DNA of 64,000 nucleotides, from the NCBI GenBank assembly GCA_026023565.1, contig JAPETS010000001.1:1054001-1118000 (forward strand). The letters run 5' to 3'. Within the stretch, counting starts at the first letter, position 1. Every line of letters begins with the position of its first letter. Of this stretch, positions 39,501-51,700 are shown piece after piece. The notes under the pieces are model-generated. The model worked only from the letters and a program-made list of their open reading frames with translations, ran no database searches and had not been told where the DNA came from. This stretch comes from Cirrosporium novae-zelandiae. Its lineage: Eukaryota. The position numbers were made by a program, and so were the translations under genes.

Positions 39501-41989
39501 AGTGACGATGAGGATATGGAAGGAGATGGTGTTACTACTGGACCCTCTCATCCTAGTGTTGAGTCCGAAGCGCCAAAGACTCCGGAAGACGGAGGGTCTC
39601 CGAAGACCACAGAAAGCTTTGATGGACCTCCGCCTCCGCCTCCGCCCCCACTCCCTGGTGTAGCCGGCGGTATGCCGGGATTTTCCGGTGCTCCCCCTCC
39701 ACCCCCACCACCACTTCCTGCTGGGCCGGGGATTATGCCGGGATTTACCAGTGGGCCCCCTCCGCCTCCACCGCCTCCACCGCCTCCACCGCCTCCTGGA
39801 ATGTCCGCATTATCACCTATGCCAGGATTTGGGAGCGGTGCTCCTCCACCTCCTCCACTCCCAGGAGCCGGTCCTTTCATTCCTATGGGAGCCGGCCCAC
39901 CACCTCCTCCGCCTCCAGGAGCACCACCATTGCCGGGTGCTAGGGTAGGCGGATACTTGCCTCATGGTGTGATAGCGCCAACAACTTCGATTGGCCTGCC
40001 ATTTATTCGTCCTAGAAAGAAGCTTAAGGCGTTGCATTGGGAGAAGGTCGATACTCCTCAAGTCACAGTGTGGGCGACTCATGCACCTACCCATGAAGCT
40101 AAGGAGGAGAAGTATGCGGAGTTGTCGAGGAAAGGTGTGCTCGATGAAGTTGAGAAGCTTTTCTTGGCTAAAGAAGTTAAGAAAATTGGGACTAGCAGTG
40201 GTAAAAAGAATGATAAGAAGCAGCTTATCTCTAACGACTTAAGAAAAACCTTCCAAATATCCATGGCTAAATTTTCTCAAATTTCGGTCGAAGATGTTGT
40301 TCGAATGATTATACACTGTGATAAGGAAGTCCTAGATAATACAGTTGTCATGGAGTTCTTGCAAAGAGATGATCTTTGCACAATCCCTGAAAATGCGGCC
40401 AAACTCATGGCGCCGTATAGTAAAGATTGGACAGGCCCAGATGCACTTCAAACTCCTCGAGAACAAGACCCCAATGAGCTTACTCGTGAAGATCAAATAT
40501 ATCTCCATACAGCATATGAGCTGCATCACTATTGGAAATCCAGAATACGTGCTCTAGCTTTGACAAGGTCTTTCGAGCCCGAATACGACGATATAACGAA
40601 TAAGCTCCAGCAAGTTGTTGCAGTTTCAGAGTCAATCCGGGATTCAGTTGCTCTCATGAATGTCCTTGGTCTTATCTTGGATATCGGTAATTATATGAAC
40701 GACTCAAACAAGCAAGCAGCTGGATTCAAGCTTAGTTCCCTTGCTCGCCTAGGAATGGTCAAAGATGACAAGAACCAATCTACATTCGCTGATCTTGTTG
40801 AAAGGATTGTTCGAAACCAATATTCGGAGTGGGAAGGTTTCGTGGATGAAATATCTGGAGTAGTTGCAGCGCAAAAGCTCAACGTTGATCAACTGCAAGT
40901 TGATGCAAAGAAGTACATTGAGAATATTAAGAATATACAGGCTTCCCTTGATTCGGGCAATCTCAGCGATCCAAAGAAATTTCACCCTGAAGATAGAGTC
41001 AGCCAGGTAGTACAACGCTCCATGAAAGATGCAAGGCGAAAAGCAGAGCAGATGCAGCTGTATCTGGAAGAAATGTCACGAACATACGAGGATATAATGA
41101 CCTTCTATGGCGAAGACCCGACAGATGAAAATGGTCGAAGAGACTTCTTTGCGAAGTTAGCTGCATTCGTGACGGAATGGAAGGTAAGCGACATGTACTG
41201 GCCGGCTTTCGTGGAAATTGCTAATCATAGTATCAGAAATCGAAAGAAAAGAACATCACGATTGAAGAAACGCGTCGCCGGAATGAAGCGTCGATGGCTC
41301 GCAAACGGATTAATCCAACAATCGCCAACGGTCTAAACCATATGGATAGTCCCATATCACCTTCCGCTAGCGGAGCAATGGACTCCTTACTTGAAAAACT
41401 CAGAGCTGCCGCTCCTCAGACTCGCGACCAGCGAGATAGGCGTCGTCGTGCTAGACTCAAGGAGCGCCATCAAGTTCGGGTGGCTTCTGGTCAGAAAATT
41501 CCCGACATTGAAATTAAACAAGATGTTGAGGAGGCCAAGTCGGATTTACTTAGTCCTAAAAGCAATGCTAGCGAGACGTCGGCAACCACTACTGAAGGAC
41601 ATTCAGAAGGCGAAGACATTGCAGATAGAGCTGCCAGCATGCTTCAAGGGCTCAGAGGCGATGGTGATAGCCCTGGAGATAACGTCGGAAGGGAAGATAG
41701 CATCCGAGTTAGACGGCGCAGGGAGAGTGCCGACGATGAAAGAAGGAATCGTCGACGAAGAAGAGGAGGTGCTGCAGGACCAGATAGAGAACATGCCTTA
41801 ACACCGCCTAAAGAAGAAGAAGATGCTTCCTCGGAAGTACAAGGAGACGAGAAGCCGGATGTGAAGGACAATTTATCCATTGAGGTAACCAAGGACAGCG
41901 ATGCACCACCAATGATATCTCCCACTGCCCTCGTGTCTCCGCCTCCTGAGGAAGGGTCAGAACAACGGCCAGTTGAGATACCCGACTGA
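36570..41989 (+). CDS. sepA: Formin SepA/Bni1 (GBD/FH3, polyproline FH1, FH2, DAD); intron 41184-41236
   Basis: SLSVSLRTQPINWV, polyproline tracts, KKLKALHWEKV, LDIGNYMND...GFKLSSL, DAD motif AMDSLLEKLRAA after the intron. Confidence 0.95.
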
Positions 41990-42550
41990 GCGTCTTATTT
42001 TGTGGTGTTTCTATTTTATATTATTGCCATTGTCTTTATGTTATACCCTGTAATATTTTACCTCCCTGGTACGGGGTTCATGATATGCATAGATGGCGGT
42101 TTCGATATGATGTTGAGATTTCGTTGGCGTCGAAAGGTCCACTGCACGGTGGATATTCTCAAGTCTATTGGACCGACGGTCACGTCCTTTGGGGGGGTGG
42201 ATTGATGATTGCCCAGGTTCTGGAAGATGAGCAGTGATCTGGGGTGTATACAACAGCGATGGGAGGTCTAGTTAATGATAATGTCGAGGGTTAGTACTGG
42301 AGACTCGACATAGTCTCGTCTATAGACATCAAGTATATGATGCAAATTATTATTAAATCTCATTACTTGGCTTTTATTAAAGCTATGAGAATAATATTTA
42401 AATATCTTGGGATATTATGATAAATTTGAAATAGTACAGTACGTGGTAGATGGTGAGAGCTTGGCGGAAGCTCCGGACGATTCCTTTGATGAGGAAGTTT
42501 TCTTGTGTCGTCTAACATTTACACCCACATCATCACCAAGAAAACTGCTC

Positions 42551-44860
42551 ATGACATCGCTTATTCGCAGAGCGATTGGCATAAGCAGCTATGGAATCCC
42601 TTTACGGATAATTGATACAAGCAGGTCAAGGATTCTTGCACCTGGTTCCTATTTACAACTTCAACTTGTCCCTTCCAGAGTCCGAACACTGGGGAGCTTC
42701 TCTCCTAGCCGAGGCAACGCTGTAAATAGTTCAAGGAATTCCAATCCAGGTGCCTTGAACAATTGGTCCAATAATACTATTTACGCTCTGTCTACAGCAC
42801 CTGGGAGGGCTGCCATCGCTGTAATCAGAATTTCCGGTCTGGCATGTACAGCAGTGAGTGGACCTTCCAATTGACTTCCTACTGGCCACCCACCCATCAC
42901 CTAGGTAACTGATGAACTCCCTCAGATTTACGACGCACTATGTCCAAGTCATCCTCTTCCTCACCCACGACATGCCTCTCTACGCACACTCTACACACCC
43001 GGGCTTCCCCCTTCGCGAGATTCCATTCTCGACCCAGGCTCGCTAGTTCTTTTCTTCCCCGCACCACAAACCGTTACCGGTGAAGATGTCCTCGAACTTC
43101 ATATCCACGGCGGCCCCGCAATCGTCAAGGCCGTCCTAGCTGCAATTCCAACAGTCTCGACCCTTATTGCGCAACAACACGAGGAGATATCCACCCATAG
43201 TATTCGGTACGCCGAAGCCGGTGAATTCACCCGCCGCGCCTTCCTGAACGACAGGATGGATCTACCACAGATCGAAGCGTTGGGGGAAACACTCGCAGCC
43301 GAGACGGAACAGCAGCGTAAACTCTCCATCCGGGGTGCCAACAGTGCTCTCGCAACGAGATACGAACAATGGCGGCAACAGCTCCTCCACGCCCGAGGTG
43401 AGCTAGAAGCCCTGATAGACTTTTCCGAAGACCAGAATTTCGAAGAGTCGGGCCAGGAATTGCTGAAGTCGGTTAGAACCCAGCTTGTTTTGCTGCTGGA
43501 GCAGCTTCGACTGCATGTGAAAAATTCCGAGAGGGGTGAGCTGCTTCGTCATGGAGTTAGTATCGCGCTTCTGGGTGCGCCAAATGCAGGGAAGAGCTCC
43601 TTGTTGAATCAGATTGTGGGCAGGGAGGCTGCCATCGTGAGCATCGAGGAGGGCACCACGAGGGATATTGTCGATGTCAATGTCGACATTGGGGGATTCT
43701 ACTGTCGTCTGGGAGATATGGCTGGATTAAGAACCGATGTCTCCGCACCCGCCGCACCAGCAGTTCAGGCCGCAAACCCCACTGGCAATCGTAACGCCAA
43801 AATCGGAATCGTAGAAAAAGAGGGAATAAAACGCGCCAAGCAGCGAGCCCTAGAATCTGACCTCATCATCGCCGTCTTATCCATAGAGCCCGCGGACCAC
43901 CAAACTAATAACTCTAACTCTAACTCTAACTCCGATCCTGATCCTGGTGACTCTGACTGTGACGGCCGTGACGGCTATGTGGTAAGGCCCGAGCCGGAAG
44001 TCCTAGCCGCCGCCCTCGCGTGCATCAAGGCTGGAAAGCGAGTCCTTTGGGTTGTTAACAAAATTGATCGATTAGTTATTGTGGGAGACCAGGAACGGAC
44101 GAGGGAGAAGGCTGAGGGGGAGGCGAGACGGCAAGCCTTAGGTATCCTTAGGGAGTATGGGATTGTGGAAGCCTTGACCGGGCTAGAAGAAGAAGGAGGA
44201 AAAGAAAGAGAAAGAGAAGAAGAAAACCCTACAAAAAGCCACAAAACCATGCCCATCCTAACAATTTCCTGCAAAGAAGCAGCCCAGACCTCCTCAACCC
44301 CCACCCCATCTCAACCATCCCAACCATCACAACCCCAACCCCACGACCCCGGAAATCTCCACAAGCTCCTAACCCTAATAATCAAAACCCTCACCTCCAT
44401 TTCCTCTCCCATCTCCACCTCATTCACCACCCCCACACCCACACCCCCAACAACCATAAACTTCCACTATTATCAAGAATCCCTAAACGTAACCTACCGC
44501 CAACGTCAGAACCTCGAGCTCTGTATTGGATATCTGGAGGATTATTTACACTTGATGATGGGGGATGGGGAGGTGGAAGGGGTTGAAGGGACAGCGGGTG
44601 TTAATGTTGACATTGCGGCGGCAGCGGAGAATTTGAGATTTGCGGCTAGGTGTTTGGGGAGAATTAATGGGAGGGTTGGCGGTGGTGGGGATATAGGAGA
44701 GGGGGGGGATGTGGAGGAGGTTTTGGGAGTGGTTTTTGAGAAGTGAGTTTATATATATATATTTTTCGTTTTTTTTCACATCTTTTTCTTTGGTGTTTGA
44801 GACGTCTTCTTGGAGAATGGCTAATATGGAATGAAATATAGGTTTTGCGTTGGTAAATAA
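42551..44860 (+). CDS. MSS1: Mitochondrial tRNA-modification GTPase Mss1/MnmE; introns 42854-42925 and 44743-44841
   Basis: TIYALSTAPGRAAIAVIRISG, TVTGEDVLELHIHGG, GEFTRRAFLN, GAPNAGKSS, GTTRD, DMAG, NKID; final micro-exon restores C-terminal FCVGK. Confidence 0.93.
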
Positions 44861-45367
44861 AATCTGGATATTCTATTATTGGTATCGGTCATGTCATGGA
44901 TCTCAGGGCTAAATTGCTTTTTTCCCAATTCTGTTGTTACAGTCTAAAGTCTAAATCCAATCAATGTGTTGGTGTTGATACAAAAATCTCTAAATCGCTA
45001 TCACATCAAAGCAAAAGAAAAAAAAAGAGAAAAAAACACCTTACTCCTCGCCATTTTACCCGCTAAAAATTCAAACGATCGTCATCTTTTCACTTCTTGG
45101 TCTCGTACAAGTCGCAATGCATATGCTTGAAAACAATAAAATAACAAATGGGTACAAAAAAATCCTTCAAATTTCATTTCCCCCTGACTCCCCTGTCCCT
45201 CCGATCCGGAATCGGAGGTTTCATTCGAGTCCGAGTCTGAGTTTTCCGTCTTCGGCGTTTCCAATCCATCATGTGTGGTGAAGGTCTGGCGAAGGTGGGC
45301 GTGTATGTGGTTTTGATGATTTGTTCAGCTGAAGTTCAGCTGGTTGGTTGGCTGTTTGGTTGCAACT

Positions 45368-45391
45368 TTAGTTGTATCCACCTCGGCCCAT
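45368..45391 (-). CDS. Micro-ORF copy 4: MGRGGYN*
   Basis: ATG GGC CGA GGT GGA TAC AAC TAA; context caaccATGG. Confidence 0.7.
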   Translation of the reverse strand: MGRGGYN

Positions 45392-45462
45392 GGTTGGTGA
45401 TTATGAGATGAGATAGGTAGTTGGTTGGTGGGCGGATTTATATGGAAGAAATTGTGCGCTCT

Positions 45463-45486
45463 TTAGTTGTATCCGCCTCGACCCAT
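45463..45486 (-). CDS. Micro-ORF copy 3: MGRGGYN*
   Basis: ATG GGT CGA GGC GGA TAC AAC TAA; context caaaaATGG. Confidence 0.7.
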   Translation of the reverse strand: MGRGGYN

Positions 45487-45553
45487 TTTTGGTGATGATG
45501 AGATAGATAGTTGATTGGTGGACTTCGAGGAAAATATGCGTGTTTTCTTTTTC

Positions 45554-45577
45554 TTAGTTGTATCCACCTCGGCCTAT
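45554..45577 (-). other. Micro-ORF copy 2 with ATA in place of ATG: (I/M)GRGGYN*
   Basis: ATA GGC CGA GGT GGA TAC AAC TAA; near-cognate start or decayed copy. Confidence 0.55.
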
Positions 45578-45984
45578 TTTTAAAATATGTGATTGGATAG
45601 TTAATGGGTTTGTGTCCAGGGAAATTTGTCTTTTTGGTGGGCTGCTGGGAAGCCTGAGATCGTGACTTGCTGAAAGAAGAAATAGAAAACAAGGAGAGGA
45701 GGAAGAGGAAGAAGAAAATATGAGATGAAAAAGTCGTTAAAAAAGTCGATTTTTTGGATGCGCTAGAATGAGAAGGTAGAATAGGATGGTAACAAGACGA
45801 AAACGCTTTTTTTCGCTAATGCTTTTCCCTTGCCGTGAAAATGCTTCGAGACGAAATAATGGTAGGAGGAGGAAAAACTGGTCTTTGACGAAGTTGTGAT
45901 TTATGCAAAAATTTGAAAATCGATGGAAATAGAAATTTCAACGAGACGATTGCTGACGATGGTGATGATATCGAAGAAAACAAC

Positions 45985-46008
45985 TTAATTGTAGCCGCCG
46001 CGACCCAT
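45985..46008 (-). CDS. Micro-ORF copy 1: MGRGGYN*
   Basis: ATG GGT CGC GGC GGC TAC AAT TAA; strong fungal start context ttcacaATGG. Confidence 0.7.
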   Translation of the reverse strand: MGRGGYN

Positions 46009-46277
46009 TGTGAATTTGATGCTTTGGTAATGTGAGTTTGTTGTAGTGGAAGTGGAAATGGTGGTGGTGATGATAGCTGCTTGTTTGGTGGTTGAAGCCG
46101 ATGGAGGAGGTGGTCGATAAGATTATAAGATTAAGACTTGATTTGTAGTAGTAGTAATGGTGAAGAACTCCAATAAATGCAACTAGAGAGGAATGAGAAA
46201 GAAGAAGAAGAAGATTATGAAAATGCTCTGAAATGTTGATGGAGAGAAAAAAAATTCTAAGCAATTGCGAGTGCCTG

Positions 46278-46286
46278 ATATATATA
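46278..46286 (-). promoter_or_regulatory. Candidate TATA box of the micro-ORF transcript
   Basis: TATATATAT followed on the minus strand by a CT-rich leader about 270 nt before copy 1. Confidence 0.55.
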
Positions 46287-46687
46287 CCTGAAATAGATGT
46301 CTGTACCTGCAGGTAAGTAGCGAACGACTCTACCACTGGTGATGTTGTTCCACATCTCAAGATGCTACATAGCAACGGAGATAGAGCATCGGAGTGTCTA
46401 CTCGACTCACCTCGAAAGAGCAGGAGGTACTCAACTCAGCCCTATGACACAATTAGATAGGTATCAACTAAGCCTCACGCACCTTGGTGACTGCGGTTCG
46501 GTGGCCCCCAAGAAGGGGTCAGGTAAGAGAAATGAAAAAGACTAGAGATAAAGAGTAATACATTGAAAGAACCAACTGGAAAGACGAGCCAGAGGATGGG
46601 GAGTTGGACTTGAATGGTGGTACGAGTGGTACGAGGGGCATGGTTGCAGGGTTAAATCGGAAAGAGGTAGAATTCCGACAATGTAGA

Positions 46688-46711
46688 ATGCAGATGCAGA
46701 TGCAGATGCAG
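46688..46711. repeat. (ATGCAG)4 microsatellite
   Basis: Seen directly. Confidence 0.9.
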
Positions 46712-47142
46712 ATGCGGGATGCGATGGATGTATGCATGCAAGTAGGCGAGTTGGGAAGTTGAGAAGTACTCATCAATTAGTCGCGGGTCCCTGAAGGTAA
46801 GAAGAGGTTTTTCAGCCTTAAACAAGGAAAGGGAACTAAGGGATTCGGTAGCGAAGTTTACCTTTGGGATTTCCCTTGGTGTACCCTGTACAGTACAATA
46901 CTCGAGATCGGGGGGGAGGAGTCATGTTGGCTGAGGCTCTCTCTCTCTCTCTCTCTTGGGGGCTGCGGTCACCAGAGATCAGCCCCCACTGGTTAGAGCG
47001 GTTAGAGAGTCAAGTAATTAGGAGATCGGGTCTTTGATAACTTCCCAATTAGGACGGAGGTGATGTTGGTGCCTCAGCTACGAGGGAATTCACCTGCATC
47101 TGAGGGATGAGGCGCAACAATTTCCCAGGGTTCTATTCAGTC

Positions 47143-47185
47143 TGTCACCGTTGTCACCGTTGTCACCGTTGTCACCGTTGTCACC
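47143..47185. repeat. (TGTCACCGT) x4 plus a partial unit
   Basis: Seen directly. Confidence 0.9.
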
Positions 47186-48740
47186 ACTGTAACCTGAAGT
47201 TTCGACTCAGGTACAGTACATTTTGTTGCTCATTGTTGCTTACGATAGATTTAGGGTTGAAGTTTGAACCCTTGGCTGGTGAACGATGTGGCTGGCCCAG
47301 ACCTCCCAAGTACACTTCTGTTAGCTCTTACTTCTCACGGCATCTTAGAAATCTTAGCAATCTGTCAAGTTTCAACCTTTTTTTTTTAATTTTGTTTAAT
47401 TTTGTTTAATTTTTGTTTACCAAACTTTGCTGACTACATACATACATATCTGACCTTGATCTTCTCTTTTCTTCATGCGATATACACCAGCCTACAGCAT
47501 TGCTATTGCTACTGCTACTGCTACTGCTACTGCTACTGTCATTGCCATGTATGTTAGAGTAACAATATATGCAGGTCAAGCCATGGCATGTTATTACTCA
47601 TTTTCACATTGAGACAAATATTTCCTGAGGCGGTGCATCGTAATGGTAAGGCATATCTCCAACACAGGCAGGAAATATTTAGATATCCAAGAAAGGATTC
47701 GGTTCCAAGTATCAAAAACAAAACAAGAAAAACTCGAGGTTGAACCAAAGTTCCCCCAGAGTTCGGCAATTAAAAAAAATAATTAAAACAAAATCTCAAA
47801 ATCTCAAAAAAAAAAAAAAAAAAGTTTCTATTTTTATTTTTAGATTTTTTCCAACTTTGGGGGGATTGGCGACAATGTTGACACACCTTTCCTTTGCCGA
47901 TGGATTCACTTCCCGGTTGTAGGGCTGACCAACCGTCAATCGTATGAAGAACCAAAGGGTCTACCAAAAGGGTCCATCCAATCCCTCCCATCCATCCCAC
48001 AGTGATCAAGACACTAAGCTTCTTACCCTCGCAATCTTTCCCTGTTCCAAAAAACATCGTCACTCGTTGTACAACTCTCCCACTCCCACTTGACCTGTGA
48101 CTCGATTCCTCTCCAGTAACTGTACTGAGTACTTCAGATCCGATCGATGGGAAATGGATAAACGGCCATCGTAACCTTCTTTCTTCCCTACTCCCCTCTA
48201 TCCCGAGATCAAAATACTTACCCGATCCTCTTCCCTTTGTACTGTACCTCTAAATCCAGTCGGGTCCAGAAAAACTGCTTAGAAATTACACCCCACCATC
48301 AATGTTCCTATTAACACCGTCAAATCATCGTCAGAGAAGAAAATGCAATAGCTGGCCTGCTTATTCCATTTCAACGTCAAATCTGTACATACGCATCTAT
48401 TTCATCCATCTATGACTCCAAAGTGCTGCCTACAGCGACCCTGATCTACAAGTCACACGGCACTAGCAACGTCGGTTTCCAAATCACGTATTACAAATCG
48501 TTTATTTAGTCGTTCATTAATCTATTCGTCCCTTGCCAAGCTTCATCCATCCGAGCCTCATCCGTCCATCTCCCACTCTATCAAGAATGAATCACTATCC
48601 TACCTCATATGGGGGAAAAAATAACCCCAAAACGCCTGGAACGCCTTGTTCTCGGAGAATATTCCTTAAAGGTTGCCCTGCATATAGATGACCCAGGGGG
48701 CAAATTATTGGCCTCAAGGGGCGGGAACAACGCCCTAGCT

Positions 48741-51700
48741 TTAGCCCTGCAACAGCTTCGCCATAAGGTTCTCAAAATATTGCATAACAAAGTTCTCTCT
48801 GTAGATAAGGTTAGTGCTACTCAATATTCAAATAAAAAATGCAATGGCGGGGTGGAACAAACGTGTAGAAGCTGTGACTCGAGCTGTGATCTGCTACAAT
48901 ATTGTGCGCCAGTTCATGACATAACGTCACAAACCAATAGACCGTTGCCTGAGCCTTGTCCCCCTGTTGGACTTTCTGAAGATGCAGCTGCTCAAAGAAC
49001 CGGTAGTTGCAAAAAATACTTCCTGATGAATTGAAGGCTATGGCAGGGCCCTTGAGATCGTAGAAGATGTGCAAGCTATCACGCTTCAGAGCAAATATAT
49101 CTGCACATTCAAGCAAAATATTACCAAAGGAATTTATTCCAGAAGCTTGACCTGAGAGAAAAGTTGAGCGCCCATCTTGACCAATACTTTTCTCAACAAA
49201 AATCTTGAGCCCGGAAGAAGAGCTAGCAAGAAACGAAAGGTCATGGGCATTCCTTTCATCACAATATGAACTGGTCTCTTGCACCGTGTTAGTTTCCCCA
49301 GGAGTATACAGGTTTGAAGAACCATGAGGACGAGACTTTTGGATAGCAGAAATGAGATTTTGACGAAGTTGATGTGGTGCTGTTACAGGCTGTTCAACAT
49401 TATGTATGCCAAGAGCATTGTTCTGTGAGGTATTAGGATCATTAGCCGTATAAGGCGGAGGGCTGTCAACTCCCGATGGGCCCCCAAGTAAAGACCGCAT
49501 TTGGTCAGACTGAGGTTGACTATCATCCAACCCAAGACGTTTCGTAATATTTTGAAATAGTCCTCTAATATTCCGCCGTGGTTCTTGCTCAGCTGGCAAG
49601 ATGGTATCCGAAGAACCCCTTGGTCCACCGGTCATCCGGGGAGGAGAATCTGGGAAATTTCCCGGCATAGCCTCTGTTTCTTGTAATTTTGTTTCCCGTA
49701 CAGATTGCCTTTGGGCTTGACTCTCATTCCATTGACGTTCTTGCTCGGCAAGTTGCTTACGCTCTTCCTCTAGATGTGCTCGGCGATTCTCTTCTGCAAT
49801 GCGATTCTCCGCTTCTCGGCGTCGTAAAATACGTGTGACATTGTAACCCCTTGCGCTCAGTATCTTCAAATCGGTCGTGAGAAGAGATTCTAACGTAAGG
49901 GCGGAATGCTCTGTTGGTTTCTTCATCAATATATGGACGACTGCTTGACTAACTTGGTATAAGTCTGGTGATGAAGTGATACTCAAAACCCAACCAGTTC
50001 GAGTAGGATTGCGAGTGATCACAGCGGTGCGCTGCTCCTTGTGCACAAGCCCATATTTCTTCAATGTACGACGGTAGGATATCTCGCGGACCGCCTTGAG
50101 TGACAAATGTCCTTCCAACCATTTAGCATTATGCTTAATCATATCTGGTGATATTCCATGGAGGAAGAGCCTAGAACGTTCAAGGACTCGTTTTTGGAGA
50201 CGCATAGAAACAGTCTGGTCCCCAGTCGGAGTGCCCACATGGGCAGTCTCCTCAACCAATGAATTCAGTGACGGAGTCCCAAGACTAGCGTAGAATGTCT
50301 CAAAAGCCCCTTCCTGGGGAGCTGCTAATAGCTTTTCTTTGAACAGTTGAAAGCCCACATAGTCATCAGCAATGATAATTTCGTTGGCGCTAGCAAGCTG
50401 CCATTCCAAGATTGGTGCAAGATTTTCATCATCATCATCGTCATCGTCAGTGGTATTTGCTTGAGACTTTGACACTACCTCAGCTGTGGCAGGCACCTCT
50501 CTACTAGCAAGAAGAAATCTAGAACTTTGCATAGCTCGAAACAAATCTTTTTGTTTTTTTATATCTGCAAGAATTTCTGCAATCCTCCTTAATAGATCAA
50601 GGTATCTGTCTGTACTCTTGCATGTTGAATAAACCCTAGCTGGCTCTCGAACCATCAATCGCGCAATTTCTATTGTGCTAGGCTCATGTTTTGATCCACA
50701 CTTCAAGAGAAACGAGTTGCCCTCAGATCCGAAGTTAACAAATTCAAAAATCTCTCCGAAGACCTCGCTTTCCCCAAGAAAGCATTCCGCTGGAGCTACA
50801 AAGCGTGGTGTTGACATCTTTCCCTCCGACTTCCCGTCAAATATGGGAACTATGGCAGCGCGGGTTAACCGTTCTATGTGAATTGCATGAATCTCTGCAA
50901 GGCGGCCAGAGAAATAGCCGAAGACCTCTCTTGCAATTTGCTTTGTTTTAGGAGGATCGCGAATTAACCTGAGTATACATTCTTCAATTGGAGGATTGGC
51001 TCTAATACCCAATTTTTGTGCATGGGGGTGTAGAGTTCGTTTCAAAATGTTGAAACCAAGTAAAGTGACCCCATTGTTGGTAAAAACCTGGCTTGGAGTT
51101 GAGAGTTCCTTGTCTGAACCTTCTATTGGAAGAAAGGGAGTGTTAATCCCGGACATGTCGAACGATGCATAACCATTTTGTAGATGATTGAAGAGAAAGT
51201 AAGCAAGTACGTGGTCTCTCTCTGTTGATCGTCCTTCCACTGACGCTTTATTTATGATACTGACAAGCTCGGGGACAGTCGGCTGATTCCTCAAGCCAAG
51301 AAAAGTCAAGAATTTTCCTTCTACGCTTCGAGGATTATAAACGTCAGGCCATTGAAGAATCGGTAAACCGAGATCTCGTAGGGAATCCGTAGGAGCGAAA
51401 AGCTCTTGAACAGAGTATAGTTTGTTAGCTTGGGGGTTCTGATTACCGTTTTCGGCGGGACATATTGGAGTTTTCTTTAGACGCTCAATATCGCTGTTGG
51501 GAATATCATCCCTTACAGAAGCTAGGTACTTGATCAAATCAACATGACTCCACTTGCCCTCAGAAGCTCCACTCTTCTCCCCGGAACCAGTAGGACTTGC
51601 GAGCAGACGCTCGAAAATGACACCAAGTTCAACGGTTTTCCGTACCCCCAAAGTGACGAGGAATTTATCCTTGACCCCGTTTAATCCGCTAACAGTAGGT

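Noticed and set aside
39548..39880. Gly-rich antisense ORF
   Set aside because: Mirror of the formin FH1 polyproline codons.
45368..45577. Regularly spaced 24-nt repeats read as a CRISPR array
   Set aside because: Eukaryotic context, no cas genes, spacers of about 70 nt that resemble each other, and variation follows codon third positions.
45082..46776. ORF-track ORFs 45082-45264, 45438-45692, 45938-46375, 46339-46545, 46519-46776
   Set aside because: Low-complexity, no family motifs, mostly non-ATG starts; those crossing the MGRGGYN units do so out of frame.
47107..47409. ORF with CHRCHRCHR resembling a metal-binding protein
   Set aside because: It is the translation of the 9-bp tandem repeat.
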